NCBI GenBank assembly: GCA_010356995.1
Contig: ML996704.1
Location: 310,001 to 374,000 of the forward strand
Source: Trichodelitschia bisporula
Lineage: Eukaryota
Reading direction: 5' to 3'
DNA: 64,000 bases
The notes under the pieces were generated by a model, which was not told the DNA's origin, did not search any database, and saw nothing but the letters and a program-made list of their open reading frames with translations. The first letter of the stretch is position 1, and each line of letters opens with the position of its first letter. Of the stretch, positions 24,722-38,658 are shown piece by piece. The translations under genes were made by a program, and so were the position numbers.

Positions 24722-27700
24722 CTACAGTTTTCGCCCTTCGGCTGCACCGTTAGTAGTAGGTGGCGACTTGTTTTGGACAGATCTGGTCGAGTTCTGCAAG
24801 AGGAAGACCTGGCCTGAAAGAGAGTTCATATTCTCCTTCAACCGCGCTAGGAGTGGGAGACCCGACGTCTGCTCCTTCTCGTTCAGCTGCAACTCCGCAA
24901 AGACGCGGAGAAGCGAGCTCTCCAAGGAGGTGTATTTGTCCTTTATGGTCTCGAAGTCGTCGGCCAGCCTCTTGACAGTAGGCTCAACGCCCTCCTCCTT
25001 GGACGTCTCGACACTCCTGCCCAGGGTGCGAAGCGTCTCTTCGGCTACGGCCACGCGTCCCTCCAGCGCCCTGTCGAAGTGTTGGACTTTCTCGAGAATA
25101 TTATTAAGCCTCTCGATGTCAGGACTTGAAACGGCCATATTCTGTCGCATGTGGTCGTACATCTGCCTCACTATGTCCGCAGTAGTGAGGTTGTTGTATC
25201 GATATTCCAGGGCTTGCAACGCATGTGCATGGACATTGAGAGTTTCCGTGAGCTGAGCAATCGTGGCGCCAGATAGGGCCTGCTTCAGTGACGAATGCTC
25301 CCTTTCAACTTGGCCAAGACGTCCGGTGAGAAGTTGGACGGCCTCGTCCGTACTCGCTTGCTTTTCGGGTCTCGGCAGGCTACGTATCGCACTGAGCAAG
25401 TTCTTGGTGGCTTCAGTCCGCCAGGTATTGATTTTCGCCTCCTCCTTTTGCGCAATCGCGTGGAAGTCCGCAAGAATCTGGGCTTCCCTCGCGTTAAGCT
25501 TATCGATTGCAGCCTGGCATTTCTCGAGTACGGCTGCAATCTCGCTCGGGCTAGCCCTAGTCTCTGGTTGAGTCTGCAGGCCTTCCAGAGTGGTATGGTC
25601 TTTATTTTGTTGGTCTTGAACATTTTGAAGCTCATGGCGCAAGTTTTCTATAGATTTCGCCAGATTTCGCATGTCCAAGGACTCTGTAACATCACTGCTG
25701 GGCGCGCGAGATACCACGGCGATCTCAGTCCGGGACGGACCCGGCGGTTTGTTGATGCTGCCCGTGCTGGCTTGCACGATGGAATGCTCGAGCTCAGCAA
25801 CACGGGTCATCATTTCGCTGACTTGCGCGATAAGCGACGGTACGGCCTGCAAGTCGCTCGAGTGAGGCACCGAAGACAGCTGGCTAGCGGCTGTTAATTC
25901 GGTGATCGCCTCCGCATGTCTAGCAAGCATGTCCTGCTGCTTCCGCAGCTCATCATCGTACCGCTGCAGTTGGTCGAGGCTGTTGCCGCGGCCGACAGGC
26001 GTTGTGCTTGCCTTGCACTTCAAGCCGTGGACGTCCTCCAGCAGTTGCGTGTATTTGCTTTCCCCAAAACCAATCTCTCCGTGAACCGTCGTCGACAAGA
26101 TCGCCAAGGTCTCTTTGATGTCGCCAATTCTTTTGTGGAAATCTCCGACTTGCTTCTGACACTCCGCGAGGTCTTCCTTTATCGAACCGATGCTAGTATC
26201 TGTCGTGATTTGTAGAGATTTGAGAGACTCCTCAAGCCGTGTTTCAATTGAGGACGCCTCTTTCCGGGCTGTATTCATGATCGCCTTAGCCCTAGTTTCC
26301 ATCTCTAGGGGCAGCGTTGTGTGCTGAAAGTTGTGGAGAGCCTTTTCAATCTCCTCTTTCACAGTGTTCTGGACTTTGGTTTTCGGGCTTTCACGTCCGT
26401 TTCCGATCTCTCTCGCAATGGCCGCCACTTCGGCGATTCGCAAATTGATCTCGTCGAATTTCGCCGTCGTCTCCTTCCTTAAGGCGTAGGGTCCCTGGTT
26501 GACGGCAACGGGGTTCAACTTAAGCCGACTTTCGATGCGGCCCTGCACGTCATTGATCTCCTCCTTCCGCCGCCTGTTGCATTCCACCAAGTCTTTGATC
26601 TCGTCCTTCCGCCGCCTGTTGCATTCCACCAAGTCGTCAATCGTATCGGAGACTTCTTGCATCTTGCTTCCGAGATTCCGGATAGTGTTACTCGTTTCGG
26701 CGCTCAATGCCCAGTCATGTTCAAGCGCACCACCCCTGGGCAGCCTCTCCGTTAGAGGGTGCAGCAAATCCCTGAAGTACCCGACCTCTGACCGACAGTC
26801 GACTACCTTTTCACTGAGGTGCCGATTCGCAGCGCTCTGCTGTTCATTGAGTCGTCGAAGTTGTTCAATTTTGGCGTCTTGCTCATTTAGCCTGGCGTCC
26901 TTAGACTGCACATGAGTCTCCAGCGATGTTAACCGCTTTTTGACGCTGGTGAAATCAGAGAGTTCCCGCAGCTGCCGGGACTGAGCATCCAGCTGTTGTT
27001 GGATCTGGGCAAGGGCTTTGGCTGATTCGCAGCATGGTTCGGAGAGAGAGGAAGGCTGCGGCGGAAGGGCGCGAAGTGTTGGCGATCGCTGCGCTGAGGC
27101 TCCCTTGATACTTAGCCCGCGGTCCGAGCGGAACAAGTGAATTAGGCCTTTTGCGGCGCCCTTGAGCTGCAGTTCCATGTCTTGTTTTTCCTCCTTCAGT
27201 TTCTGTACAGTGGCGTTGGCTTTCTTCAGAGGTACGCGAATTCCAGAGATGTCGACACCAGGGCCTAATCCGTTAGGGAATTTTTCGCGGTTCTCAAGCT
27301 CCTCGGTCAACGTGGCAACCAGAGCTGCTGCCTTGGATATATCGAGGTCGTGTTGTGCGATGCGAACGTGGAGCGTGGCAACCTTCATAAGGGCGTGGTC
27401 AAGCGCCTCGTCCGCAAAATCCGTAGTGGGAGACGGTGACTCCGCCGAAGGCTGATGCGCCACGGCGCAAGTCCGAGGATTTGCGATGCCTGCAGCTTTG
27501 TGTTCTAGGACAAATTAACATATGAGTGATTGCATGAGCAAGGCAGTTTCATACGGGAACGATCGGGAGGAGGCGGTTCGGGTGCTTTCATTACAGCAAC
27601 GGGGCCAGCAGAGTCAGAGGGTCGATGCGCTCCGTCGCCATTGGACAGAGTGCCCGCCGGGATCGGGGGTTTAGAGGCTTGAACCCGATTTGAATCTGCA

Positions 27701-27945
27701 TTTTCGCGTACGGTATGCTCTTTGCGTGGGTTCAGTCGATCATCGTCGGTCTCAGCATTGGTCTGTGGTCGTGGTGGTAGCATGACGGACTGCACACAAT
27801 GGGGTTACAAGTGTAAGTTGACAACAGTGTAGGGGCTTACTGTAGGCGGAGTGGTTAGGGACAACGATTTTGTTCGCTTGGTAGGACCTGGAGAACCTGT
27901 ATCGTCCATCATATCGGCCGCGAGAGGCCGCTTTGGTCCGGCCAT
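24722..27945 (-). CDS. Large (about 1000 aa) coiled-coil protein of unknown function
   Basis: 913-codon open exon with heptad-like L/E/K/Q/R composition; two upstream exons (ATG 27945, MAGPKRP...; introns ~27792-27840 and ~27505-27554) splice in frame; no recognisable domain. Confidence 0.7.
26553..26636. repeat. 42-bp tandem duplication (2 copies) inside the coiled-coil CDS
   Basis: ttgatctc(c/g)tccttccgccgcctgttgcattccaccaagtc twice; encodes DLVECNRRRK(D/E)EI twice. Confidence 0.9.
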
Positions 27946-29029
27946 GACGGGAGATCGCCGACGGCACAGTACATGTGTTTCCGTTGAACGCAAGCACTGT
28001 CGGCGGCAAGGCTCAAATGAAGACCATTACCTGTCGGGTAGATTATGCAGACGAAGACTATAAAACAGTTAGTGAGAAATGACGCAGAGTCGATGGCCAT
28101 AGATGGAGTATTCCACAAGCAAACTGAAGAAGTTGACGTTCATGGTGCAGCGCCGGAAGGGAATTGGGAAATGATCACTGACCAAACGACACTTTTAAGG
28201 AAAGAATGGCGGAACACTTGGTCCTGAGGATCTTGCTTCACAAATGAGAAAGATTAGCGTTCGTGTTCATGCAGTCAAGAGTTCCCGGCGGGCAGAGGTT
28301 CGCGTGTGCACATAGCCGTAGGCCATGTCTGCGAACATCTAAGAGGAGAGTGAGATGCAAAGAATTGTCGCTATGTTGGCGGTATTTATTATTGAATGTG
28401 AGGTCGGACGGTCCCAGCGCAGTTGCGCGTTGCAGTTGAAGTAAGTGCGAGTGAGGTGATTTAAGTATCCTTGAGACCGGTGATATCACGTGTGACGTGC
28501 TACGCGGGCATCGAGTAGATGCGAAACTGGCACTGATTATGCTGCAACGGGGGGGTTGTGCATTTCGTGATTGGTGGCGGCGCAGCAAGGGATATGTTTC
28601 CTGGGTGGGGGGGGAAGCAGACAATGGGGAATGCGAAGTGTCGAGATATAGGAAAAAGTGGAAGGAGAAAGACCTACAATGGACACAGCTCTTTGATATG
28701 GATTGTGCAACCCACAATTTGCAGCAGCTGACGTCTGCAGCACACGCGTTCTGCTTCCAGACACGCTCCTCCGACTTGTACGCGTAGAGGACTGACTTGG
28801 TTGCTGTTCAACACCGGATCCCGGTTTGTCGCGAAGGATCGGTCACGTTTTTAGCGTTTGGCTGGGCCGCCCGAAAGCTCGAGTTGGTACGCAACACACT
28901 CATACGGAATGGCTGCCTGCCAAGTTTGCTGTTCGTTGCAGCACGAATCGGGTGGTCGGGGCAATGGAATGACTAAGGTAAGATTGATGCCCAGATTCTC
29001 GAACACGTAGAAAGAAATTGCAGATAGCA

Positions 29030-29650
29030 ACGATGTATATTTCCCACGTACTCGAATCGCTTTAAACGGCTAAGGAAAAGGCACAAAGTAGTTGATCGGA
29101 ATGTAGGGTACTATGGGGACTCTTTGGGGCAAGACTCTTCTTTTATACGTCTCAGCTTTTCTTGGCATTTGGTCCGCGCACCGCAAGCGAACCAATAACA
29201 TTCCCCGCTAGACTCTATAGTCCGTGCGTGCGCAGCAGCTGACCAATGATAAATTGCGCTAGCGGAAATATGCGCAGCTATAGCGCTTAATGAGACAGGT
29301 ATGCATGTATGACTCAGCCTAATCTGCAAGTAGGTTGGGTTGTGCTTTGGGCGTAATCTATCCGATTCCTCACGTTCGTAGGTTTTCCAAAGAAACACAC
29401 GGTATTTATAATAATTAACAATATAACCTACTAGGCCTAATCGGGTAATATGCTAGCCGTATATGGTAACTGTGGGTCCGTCCACGGCCGTGCACGGGCC
29501 AGGCTACTTTTCTTAACGTAGGAAACATAGGATAAACCATAAAATACCCCAGAATTTGATTGCATGCCAAAATATCTAAACGTGTGTTTGAAATCTATAC
29601 CAACCCTACAAGTAGGACGATCAAATCACATCACTCTACGTAGTACATAC
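29030..29650. mobile_element. Possible degenerate (RIP-mutated) repeat relic
   Basis: Locally AT- and TpA-rich intergenic stretch (e.g. ggtatttataataattaacaatataacctactaggcctaa) in a GC-richer background; no terminal repeats or transposase found. Confidence 0.25.
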
Positions 29651-29775
29651 TTACGCCCACCAAGTGCTTCCCCCATTCCCCAGTCCTGCGTCTAACGTGC
29701 ACGCCTGTACATTTCCGACTTCCCGAAAATCAGACAACCCGGTCAGCAAAGCGCGTCGCGCAATCGCAAGTCAAG

Positions 29776-31356
<1,581 letters not shown>

Positions 31357-33736
31357 ACACAATGTCGACTAAAAAGGATGGCGTCAGGCGATATTTGTTG
31401 CTTTCACAAAAGCCATTTGGTGTTCGACGCTTTGTTGCAACGGCATATTTCAGCACTAGCGCCTGGTGGGAACGGTTTGAATCGCCGATTCGGTACTCCA
31501 GCGGACTGTAGCACTTCCCGAGGGCGTCAAGGAGTCGCAAAAGACGTCGTTTGGAGTAAAGCTAATGCTTAATGTTATCGGAACTTCTTCGAGTCGAGTG
31601 CAGAGTTGTTGACCCCATGTCCACCGCATCGTGTGGGAACGTATGAGGAAGAGGATGCTGTTCGGCGTGCTCGCGTACCAGGGCCATCATGGTTCGACTA
31701 CCCGCTCTTCTCGGAAGGCCACATGAGGCAAGATACTGAGATGGACAGGATATATTTGGGAGCAGATAAGTCTGGATTTCAGGCAGGATGGCATTGTCAA
31801 CCGCAGCGGCAGCGGCTGCGGGGATGGGATTCCTGGGGCCAGCAGTGAGTGGAGAGCTGAAAGTGCGAGTCGTGGCTTGACTTTTGCAAACGTCCGGAAG
31901 GGGCAGGCCTAAGGTCACGTGAGTGGCGCTCCTCCGCCGGAAGGTACGGGAAGGCGAAGGGTTTCGGAGGGGTGAACGGGCCACCCTGAATTTCCCTAGG
32001 AGGGCGTCCTGGCGTCGCGGGGTCCACGTAATCCCTCTGGGGGTGGGGTCAGACCGGGGCTGAAGACGTCGACGTGAAGTGGTCCGGGAGTCAGCCACCA
32101 TCCGCATCGCGGAGCATGGCGTCTTCATGGCTTGACCAAAACATGCCACATATGGTATGCAGCGGGCGGCACGACAGCCGAGAGATGGAATGCAGTTGCA
32201 GCATGCGCAGGATTCTACTGTGTAGATCCGGGCAACACTACAGTAAGCAGGTGGCAGAGCACGCGAGAAGAAAGGAACGAAGAATGAGAGAGATAGGAAG
32301 AACAGGAGTCCTCCAAGCGGCAACTGGGCAAGAATTCTCCGACGACTGCCCGTTTTGCACCGTCGACTTTGCCATGGTCTTGACCCTAGCCGAAAATGGC
32401 TTGACGTCGCTTGGCGGATCGCGGCTAAAAAAGAAACAGTCCGCGTCTCTTGTGCGCAGTGGAGTGGCCTTATCGAGAATGGAGATACGTGAAAGATTAG
32501 GGAACGGCGAACAGAGCAAGGCACGACCAACGAAATGCATGTTGCGTGGGGTACTACATGCGTACTGTAAGCAGGTCCGACACTTCGCTGCAGTCATTGC
32601 CGTCATTGCCGTCATGGTCAGGCAGTGCTGGGTTATCACATCTACATCCGTAGCTGCATGCGTCAGCAGAGAAAAATCGGAGGTTGGAGGTGGTGGGGAA
32701 GCACGAGACACGCGCTCAAGCGAATTTGAGGCACACGACCACCACTCCGTACGGTGACAACGACAACTGGTAGGAACATCGCAAACGACCGGCTTCCCGG
32801 TTCTTCCTGCGAAAGAAGTTGTGGTCCGATTCCTAGTAAAACTCTAGGGTGATGATAGACCAGGACCCGCCCAGGGCGGCAGTTCCCTTGATCCTTTCTT
32901 CTCTTCCCTTCTCTTACCGGCCCGCCACAACTTAAACCTACCCCAAATGGCCAAGCCATGTCCCGACGCCGCCAAGCTGGGCGGAGAGGGAAGGCTTCGA
33001 TATGAGAAAGGGACTTGGTTCTTTTGCGAGGCCGTTTGAGATTAGATGTTTTGCATCATGCCGAAAAGAGCCGCATTGAAGGGAACTGCTCAACGTTGAG
33101 TTGCTCATGATTTGATAATGCGAGAAACAACTGTTAAAAGTGTAACTGTCCAATAGCCAGGGTAGATGTGGAGTTGATCGCCGGACGAGGTTCCTGCTTG
33201 AGGACTTTCCTCGGGGACGGTTTTGTGACTACCCAAAGTGTCTACGTACTCCCTGGGGCCCCATCTCGGCAGACTGTCCTACCAACGTACGGGTTACGAG
33301 TCGTTTGAAGCTGGAATAGCCTATCATCCAGTCTACCCGATACCCTTGCGCCTCCCTGGGCCGGGCCTTGATGGCTTATGGCCTGCAGTACCGGCGCCGG
33401 CAGCCGCATGACCGCATCTTTGCTAGCCGTTACAAGTGCCCCAGGATATCCTATTCATATCGTGCAAGTCCCGCCTGGGTTACACCTCAATCCTGCAAAA
33501 CTCGAGCTTCCTGTGTTCTTGCGCCTCCCATGTTCGCCTTCCTCTTTGCACCTCCTCTCCTTCGATAATACGCCATATTTATGTACATGATTGCTTCCCG
33601 ATTGTCGAATCCTTTCCTTTTCCTTTGCGCCATCTTCTCTACCCGCTCCGAGCATCGAGACCCCGCCAGATAACACTGGACCTTTTCACATCGACGATTC
33701 GGTCCTTCCACTTTTCAGCGTCTACGTGGTTTGGAT

Positions 33737-34898
33737 ATGCGAATTTTTCGCTATGCGACCGTTCTCGCGACCGCGTCCACGGCAATTGGAGCTGCCATAT
33801 CACTAGAGAGCAAGAAGTCGACTGCGAAGTCGACAGCGCCCGGCGCAAACGCCGCCACGGCAAAGGCAGTGGCCGACGCAGTGACCGAAGCGACAAAGCC
33901 CCGCGACCAGCACGCTTCGACCAAATATTTCCGTAAGTCTTATCTCTGATGTTAGCGCCGTCCCGCCTTGCTCAGCCTGGCTAATATAAATTGATTAGAT
34001 GAGCCTGGGTATGACTGCACTCCCGCACCTCGTGCAATATACTTGTTCCGATCGGCGCATCGATACTAACGTGGCTATGCGGCAGATCGGACGATATTCT
34101 TGGACATTATGACACACGATACTTCAAGGAAGTCGTCAGTTATGAGGAGCGCACCGACACCCTCCACCACATGATGCGCGCCTATCTGGAGTACTTTCGC
34201 GAAGCTGGCCTCGAGACTTGGATAGCGCATGGTACGCTTTTGGGTTGGTGGTGGAATGGCAAGGTGCGTGCTGCGCCCCGCTACCTTGGAGGCCCATGTT
34301 CTGACAGCCGCAGCTCCTGCCCTGGGATTGGGACATCGACACGCAAGTCTCCGGCGAGACGCTCCAGTACATGGCGAAAAACCTGAACCGTACGGTGCAC
34401 CGTTATGTCTCTGAGGACAAAGAGGTCGAGCGCGAATACCTCCTCGACGTTAATCCGTTCGCATGGGAGCGCGAACGTGGCGACGGCATGAACATCATTG
34501 ATGCTCGTTGGATCGATACGCGGAATGGGTTGTACATCGATATCACCGGTCTTAGCGAGACGAAGCCAGATGAGCAGCCGGGCATCTGGAGCTGCAAGAA
34601 CTACCACCATTACCAGACTAAGGACTTGTATCCCATGCGCGAGAGCGTGTACGAGGGAGTACCTGCTCTGATCCCGTATGCATACGAGAAGATCCTTGTG
34701 GAGGAGTACAAGGAAAAAGCGCTGGTCGTAACGAATTATGAGGGGTAAGTTCACTGGTTGACGGTGATGACTCAGCTTACACGGTGCAGTCATGCCTGGG
34801 ATCAGCAGCAAAAGCTCTGGGTCAAGAAGCCTGGCTACGAGAAGTTGGAGCAGCAGAAGGCAGAAGAGAGGGAGAAGCACAAGCAGAAAGGGTCATGA
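33737..34898 (+). CDS. LicD-family (Mnn4-like) phosphotransferase
   Basis: N-terminal signal/anchor; KYFHEPG..GHYDTRYF, TWIAHGTLLGWWWNGK|LLPWDWDIDTQV, NIIDARWIDTRNGLYIDITG, CKNYHHY; 5 exons including a 10-nt microexon. Confidence 0.9.
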
Positions 34899-35513
34899 CC
34901 GTACCGCCGCGGTTCTCTTGCAGCATAACCATCGGGGCGCATCAGCGACTACGGTTGAATTTCCGGCGTTTTGCTTTGGGGATGGCGGCCCTGCGAGCGG
35001 GGACGTTTCTCTATTTTGCATCAGGAGGCGTTTTGGGCACCTAGAACGGGCGTCGCAAGAGTGGGTCTGGTAATGAGAGATGACGAGTGTTTGTACATAC
35101 GACTACAAGGTAGATACTCCGGACGGGAAGGCAGAAGGTAAAGGTGACGACTAAGGATTGGTCCAGCGCACCTGGCGGGGGAAGGTATGATTGATACCAC
35201 ACGAACGGCAGCCATCTACATAATTGCATACCTTAATGTTTGCCGACGAGGCGACTTTCATAAGGCCGTTCCCTTTGAAGTCCTTCGATGCTCCGCCCAC
35301 ATGGTAGGGTTTTGGTGCTACTGTAGTACCAGATGAGGCTGTGACGTGTGGCAAGGCTGTGGCCAGGCTGTGTGGCTGGGCCCTGACGTGGCTAAGGGCT
35401 GGGTGGATAGTAATCAGCTAATCAAGGCGCCGCGCTTGGGTCTGCTGCCTTGGAACATCGTGGAAGACAACAACCTTACAAAGCAACATCTGGCATAAGG
35501 ACGCGCACCCACC

Positions 35514-36581
35514 ATGTCGTCTCATCGCAACATCCTCCCGTCCTTGCACGCCCATCTCTACAATCCACGCATCTCCATCATGCCAGCTAACGAAAGCGTC
35601 GCAGCCCTCGCTGCCCTCCCCACCGAACCCCTCGCCCTCACAATCCACCACCACAGCAAAACCCTCCCCGTCTCCTTCCCTCCTCACGCTACACTCCAAG
35701 ACCTCGCCGCATACGTCGAAGCGACGCTCTCCATTCCCCCTTCACACCAAAAGTACCTCATCACACCGAAAACGGGCCTGCTCAAGCCGCCCTTCGCGCC
35801 GCTCTCGCTCGCCGACATCGCTGCCAAGAAAATCACACTCATGGGCTCGACGCCCGCGCAAGTCGCTGCGCTCTCCTCATCCATCGCTGCGGCGTCGGCT
35901 CCGCGTCCGCAAGGGCCGATCAAAGCTGCAAAACCGGCGGCGAGGCGGGATGCGCGAAGGGCGCAGGCCGATGCGGCGTATACGTTCCATACGCTGCGGC
36001 CATTGGGGTATTTACCGGGCCCGGAGCGGAGTCTGCGGTTTTTGGAACGACTGAGGGATGATCCGGGTGTGCGGGCGGCGATGCGGCGGCATGAGTTTAG
36101 CGTTGGGTTGTTGACGGAAATGGATCCCGCGATGCACACCACTCACGAATCGAGAACACTGGGGTTGAACCGGAATCGGGGCGAGGTGATCGAGCTGCGG
36201 TTGCGGACGGATGCGTACGATGGGTATCGGGATTATAAGACGATCAGGAAGACGCTGTGTCATGAGCTTGCGCATAATGTGTGGGGGGAGCATGATCGGA
36301 ATTTTTGGAACTTGTGCAAGGAGATTGAAGGGGAGGTGGAGAGGGGGGACTGGACGAGGGGCGGTAGGAGTGTGGGTGAGGTGGAGTTTTATAATCCTGA
36401 GGATCGCGGGGTGGGGGATGAGGTTGATGGGGGTGGGTGGGAGGGCGGCGAGTACGTGCTTGGTGGGATGGGGCCGGAAAGGGGGATGAGTCGGCGCGAG
36501 GTGTTGGCGCAGGCGGTGGAGAGGAGGTTGCAGAGGGAGAAGGAGGAACGGGAGAGGAATGGGGAGATGAACGAGAGTTAA
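35514..36581 (+). CDS. Ubiquitin-like + WLM domain Zn-metalloprotease (Wss1/Wss2 family)
   Basis: N-terminal UBL-like segment, VGLLTEMDP, LGLNRNRGEVIELRLRTD, HELAH zincin motif, HDRNFW, C-terminal SRREVLAQA; intronless; true start may be 35580. Confidence 0.9.
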   Translation: MSSHRNILPSLHAHLYNPRISIMPANESVAALAALPTEPLALTIHHHSKTLPVSFPPHATLQDLAAYVEATLSIPPSHQKYLITPKTGLLKPPFAPLSLADIAAKKITLMGSTPAQVAALSSSIAAASAPRPQGPIKAAKPAARRDARRAQADAAYTFHTLRPLGYLPGPERSLRFLERLRDDPGVRAAMRRHEFSVGLLTEMDPAMHTTHESRTLGLNRNRGEVIELRLRTDAYDGYRDYKTIRKTLCHELAHNVWGEHDRNFWNLCKEIEGEVERGDWTRGGRSVGEVEFYNPEDRGVGDEVDGGGWEGGEYVLGGMGPERGMSRREVLAQAVERRLQREKEERERNGEMNES

Positions 36582-36913
36582 GTGGTCCATTGCGCGCTAC
36601 GATATCTGGCTTTTTGGTGTTGACGCATTTCGAGCATGGGGAAATTTGGCATGGCGTTGTGGAACTTGGGAGTAAGGAAGACATACGCAGAGTAATGACC
36701 TTTACACAGCTAATGGAAGCAAGATCATGAATTGTATGATTACATGTCCGCACATACGCCCCGAACACCAGCACACTCTCCAAAAGACACCTTACCCGTC
36801 CTCAAGACGTTTCGGCAGTTGAACGCCCCATCCTCCCATGCCTCCTCTCCCCACCCTCACTACGACCTCCATTTCCTCACCGGCGACGCCAACGACACAT
36901 CCTCATACCCTAG

Positions 36914-37562
36914 TCAGGCCTCATCCACCACCTTGGGCTGCATAACCATCCCCCTCTCGCCCCTCGCCCTCGCGCGGAAGAACATCCACACGCTCACCGC
37001 CGTGCTCACAACAAACAGCCACCTACATCAATCAGCCTTGTCCCCAACCATCCGAGGGATCCGGGGGACCCGAGGGCTTTCCGAGAGGAAACTCACCAGC
37101 TTAGCGCACTAAACGCAATAGCCGCCTTGGCCACATTACACACATTCCCAAAGCACACGCGGCTCTTGAGGAAGATGAGCAGGCGCACCGAGCCACCTAG
37201 CCACAGGCCCATGGTCAAGGTGTCGACGATGAGGCGGGCGATCGGGTGTGCGATGCGCGCTGGGAGGCGCTGGGCTTGCGCGGCGGCGAGGTAAAGGGTT
37301 GAGAGGAGAGAGACGCCGGAGGTGAAGATTAGGAAGTTGATTTCGAGGGGCGACATGTCGTGCCAGTAGTTGGACCACCAGTTGGCGACTGCGGTGGGGA
37401 GTTAGCTTGGGGAGGAATGGTGGGACTGTGGGACGAACCGTAGGCCGTGAGCCCAAGCACGATACACGCGCTGCCCGCCTGCGCGGCGCGAAGCGGGAGG
37501 TGCATGTCCGGCATGCTGGGCATGCTCATCGAGGGAGCCGAGAAGCGGGGTGCGAAGCGCAT
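36914..37562 (-). CDS. MARVEL-domain four-TM membrane protein
   Basis: LRAAQ...IVLGLTAY|VANWW, SPLEINFLIFT, DTLTMGLWLGG, CFGNVCNVAKAAIAFSALSW; 3 exons. Confidence 0.8.
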
Positions 37563-38658
37563 CGTGAAGGGAAGAGTTAAAGACCGGCTTTAGTATTAGA
37601 AGAATCAGAGAAGCGAAGTAACTCGACAGCTGCAGAACCACACGGTCCGGGGGAATGCAGGACTCAAATATGCCTTCCCCCGCAGGATGGGGTGCACATG
37701 CGTTTCCCCAATGGAAGCTTCTGAGGGAAGATTCGAAAAATGCCCATAACGCCTGCTCTCTCCCTCAAACGCCCCCGCCGCGAGACTCGTCGCACTGCAC
37801 CCCCGCGCCAGACACCCGTCGCACCTGAGCCCGCGCGGCCGCGCTCGCGGTGTGTGCGGCGGCGAGATGCACCATTGCGTTATCCGCTGCACCAATGCGG
37901 AAAGGGGATACTGCGTACGTACCTTGGCCCATGGGCAGGGGCGCAATCGTGATGCGGGGGTCGCGGGGTTGATAGCAGGGGGCGCGGTGTCGCAGGTGCG
38001 GGGATTCGCGACGGGAAGGAGTCGCAAGGCTGAAAGCTTGATTTTATTCTGCGGCCAGGAACGCGGCAAACCCGCGCATTCCTGCATCCTTCGCGAATCT
38101 TTTATCTCGGTCGTGGGATGCGTGATCGCTCGGATCTGATGTCTTGTTCATCCTTTGCGATCCTTCATCAGGCGAGTGTTGGTTCTGTGCCTTTTGTCGC
38201 TGATGCCGCGGCTGGCGCGGCTTTATTATGGTGTGGCGATTGACACGGAGGATGGGTGTGAGATATATCTGCCTTGCTTATAGTGTCCGCTGAATCGCGG
38301 TCGAGACGGCAAGGTGCGATCATGGTAAGGAGCTTGGCCTTCCCTGCCGCGTCCTTGTGCGTTTGGAGTGTCAAGCAGCTGTTGGCGATAGCCTTTTCCA
38401 GCCTCCGACGATAGCCAGAAGTGGAAGACATTGCTTGTCTAGACTTCAGCTAGACTCAAGTTTCACTACACATACGCAACGCAAGTCCTAAGCACAACCT
38501 GAATTGTGCCGGGACAAAAAAATAGCACGCCTCAGCTTGCTCAAGAGTAACAAACTCAATACAAGGGGTTCGAACGCATAAGTGAAGAACAACCAAAGCC
38601 CATCCGCCCCGTCTATCAGATCCGTTGATGCCCCCCGATGGAAAGATCCCCCAAACTC

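Noticed and set aside
31562..32959. Overlapping ORFs (322, 227, 157 and 98 aa) between RVB2 and the LicD gene
   Set aside because: Arg/Ser/Cys-rich, no recognisable domain and no convincing exon chain; a weak orphan gene cannot be excluded.
38565..38580. GGTTCGAA T-loop-like motif
   Set aside because: No cloverleaf or A box around it; not a tRNA.
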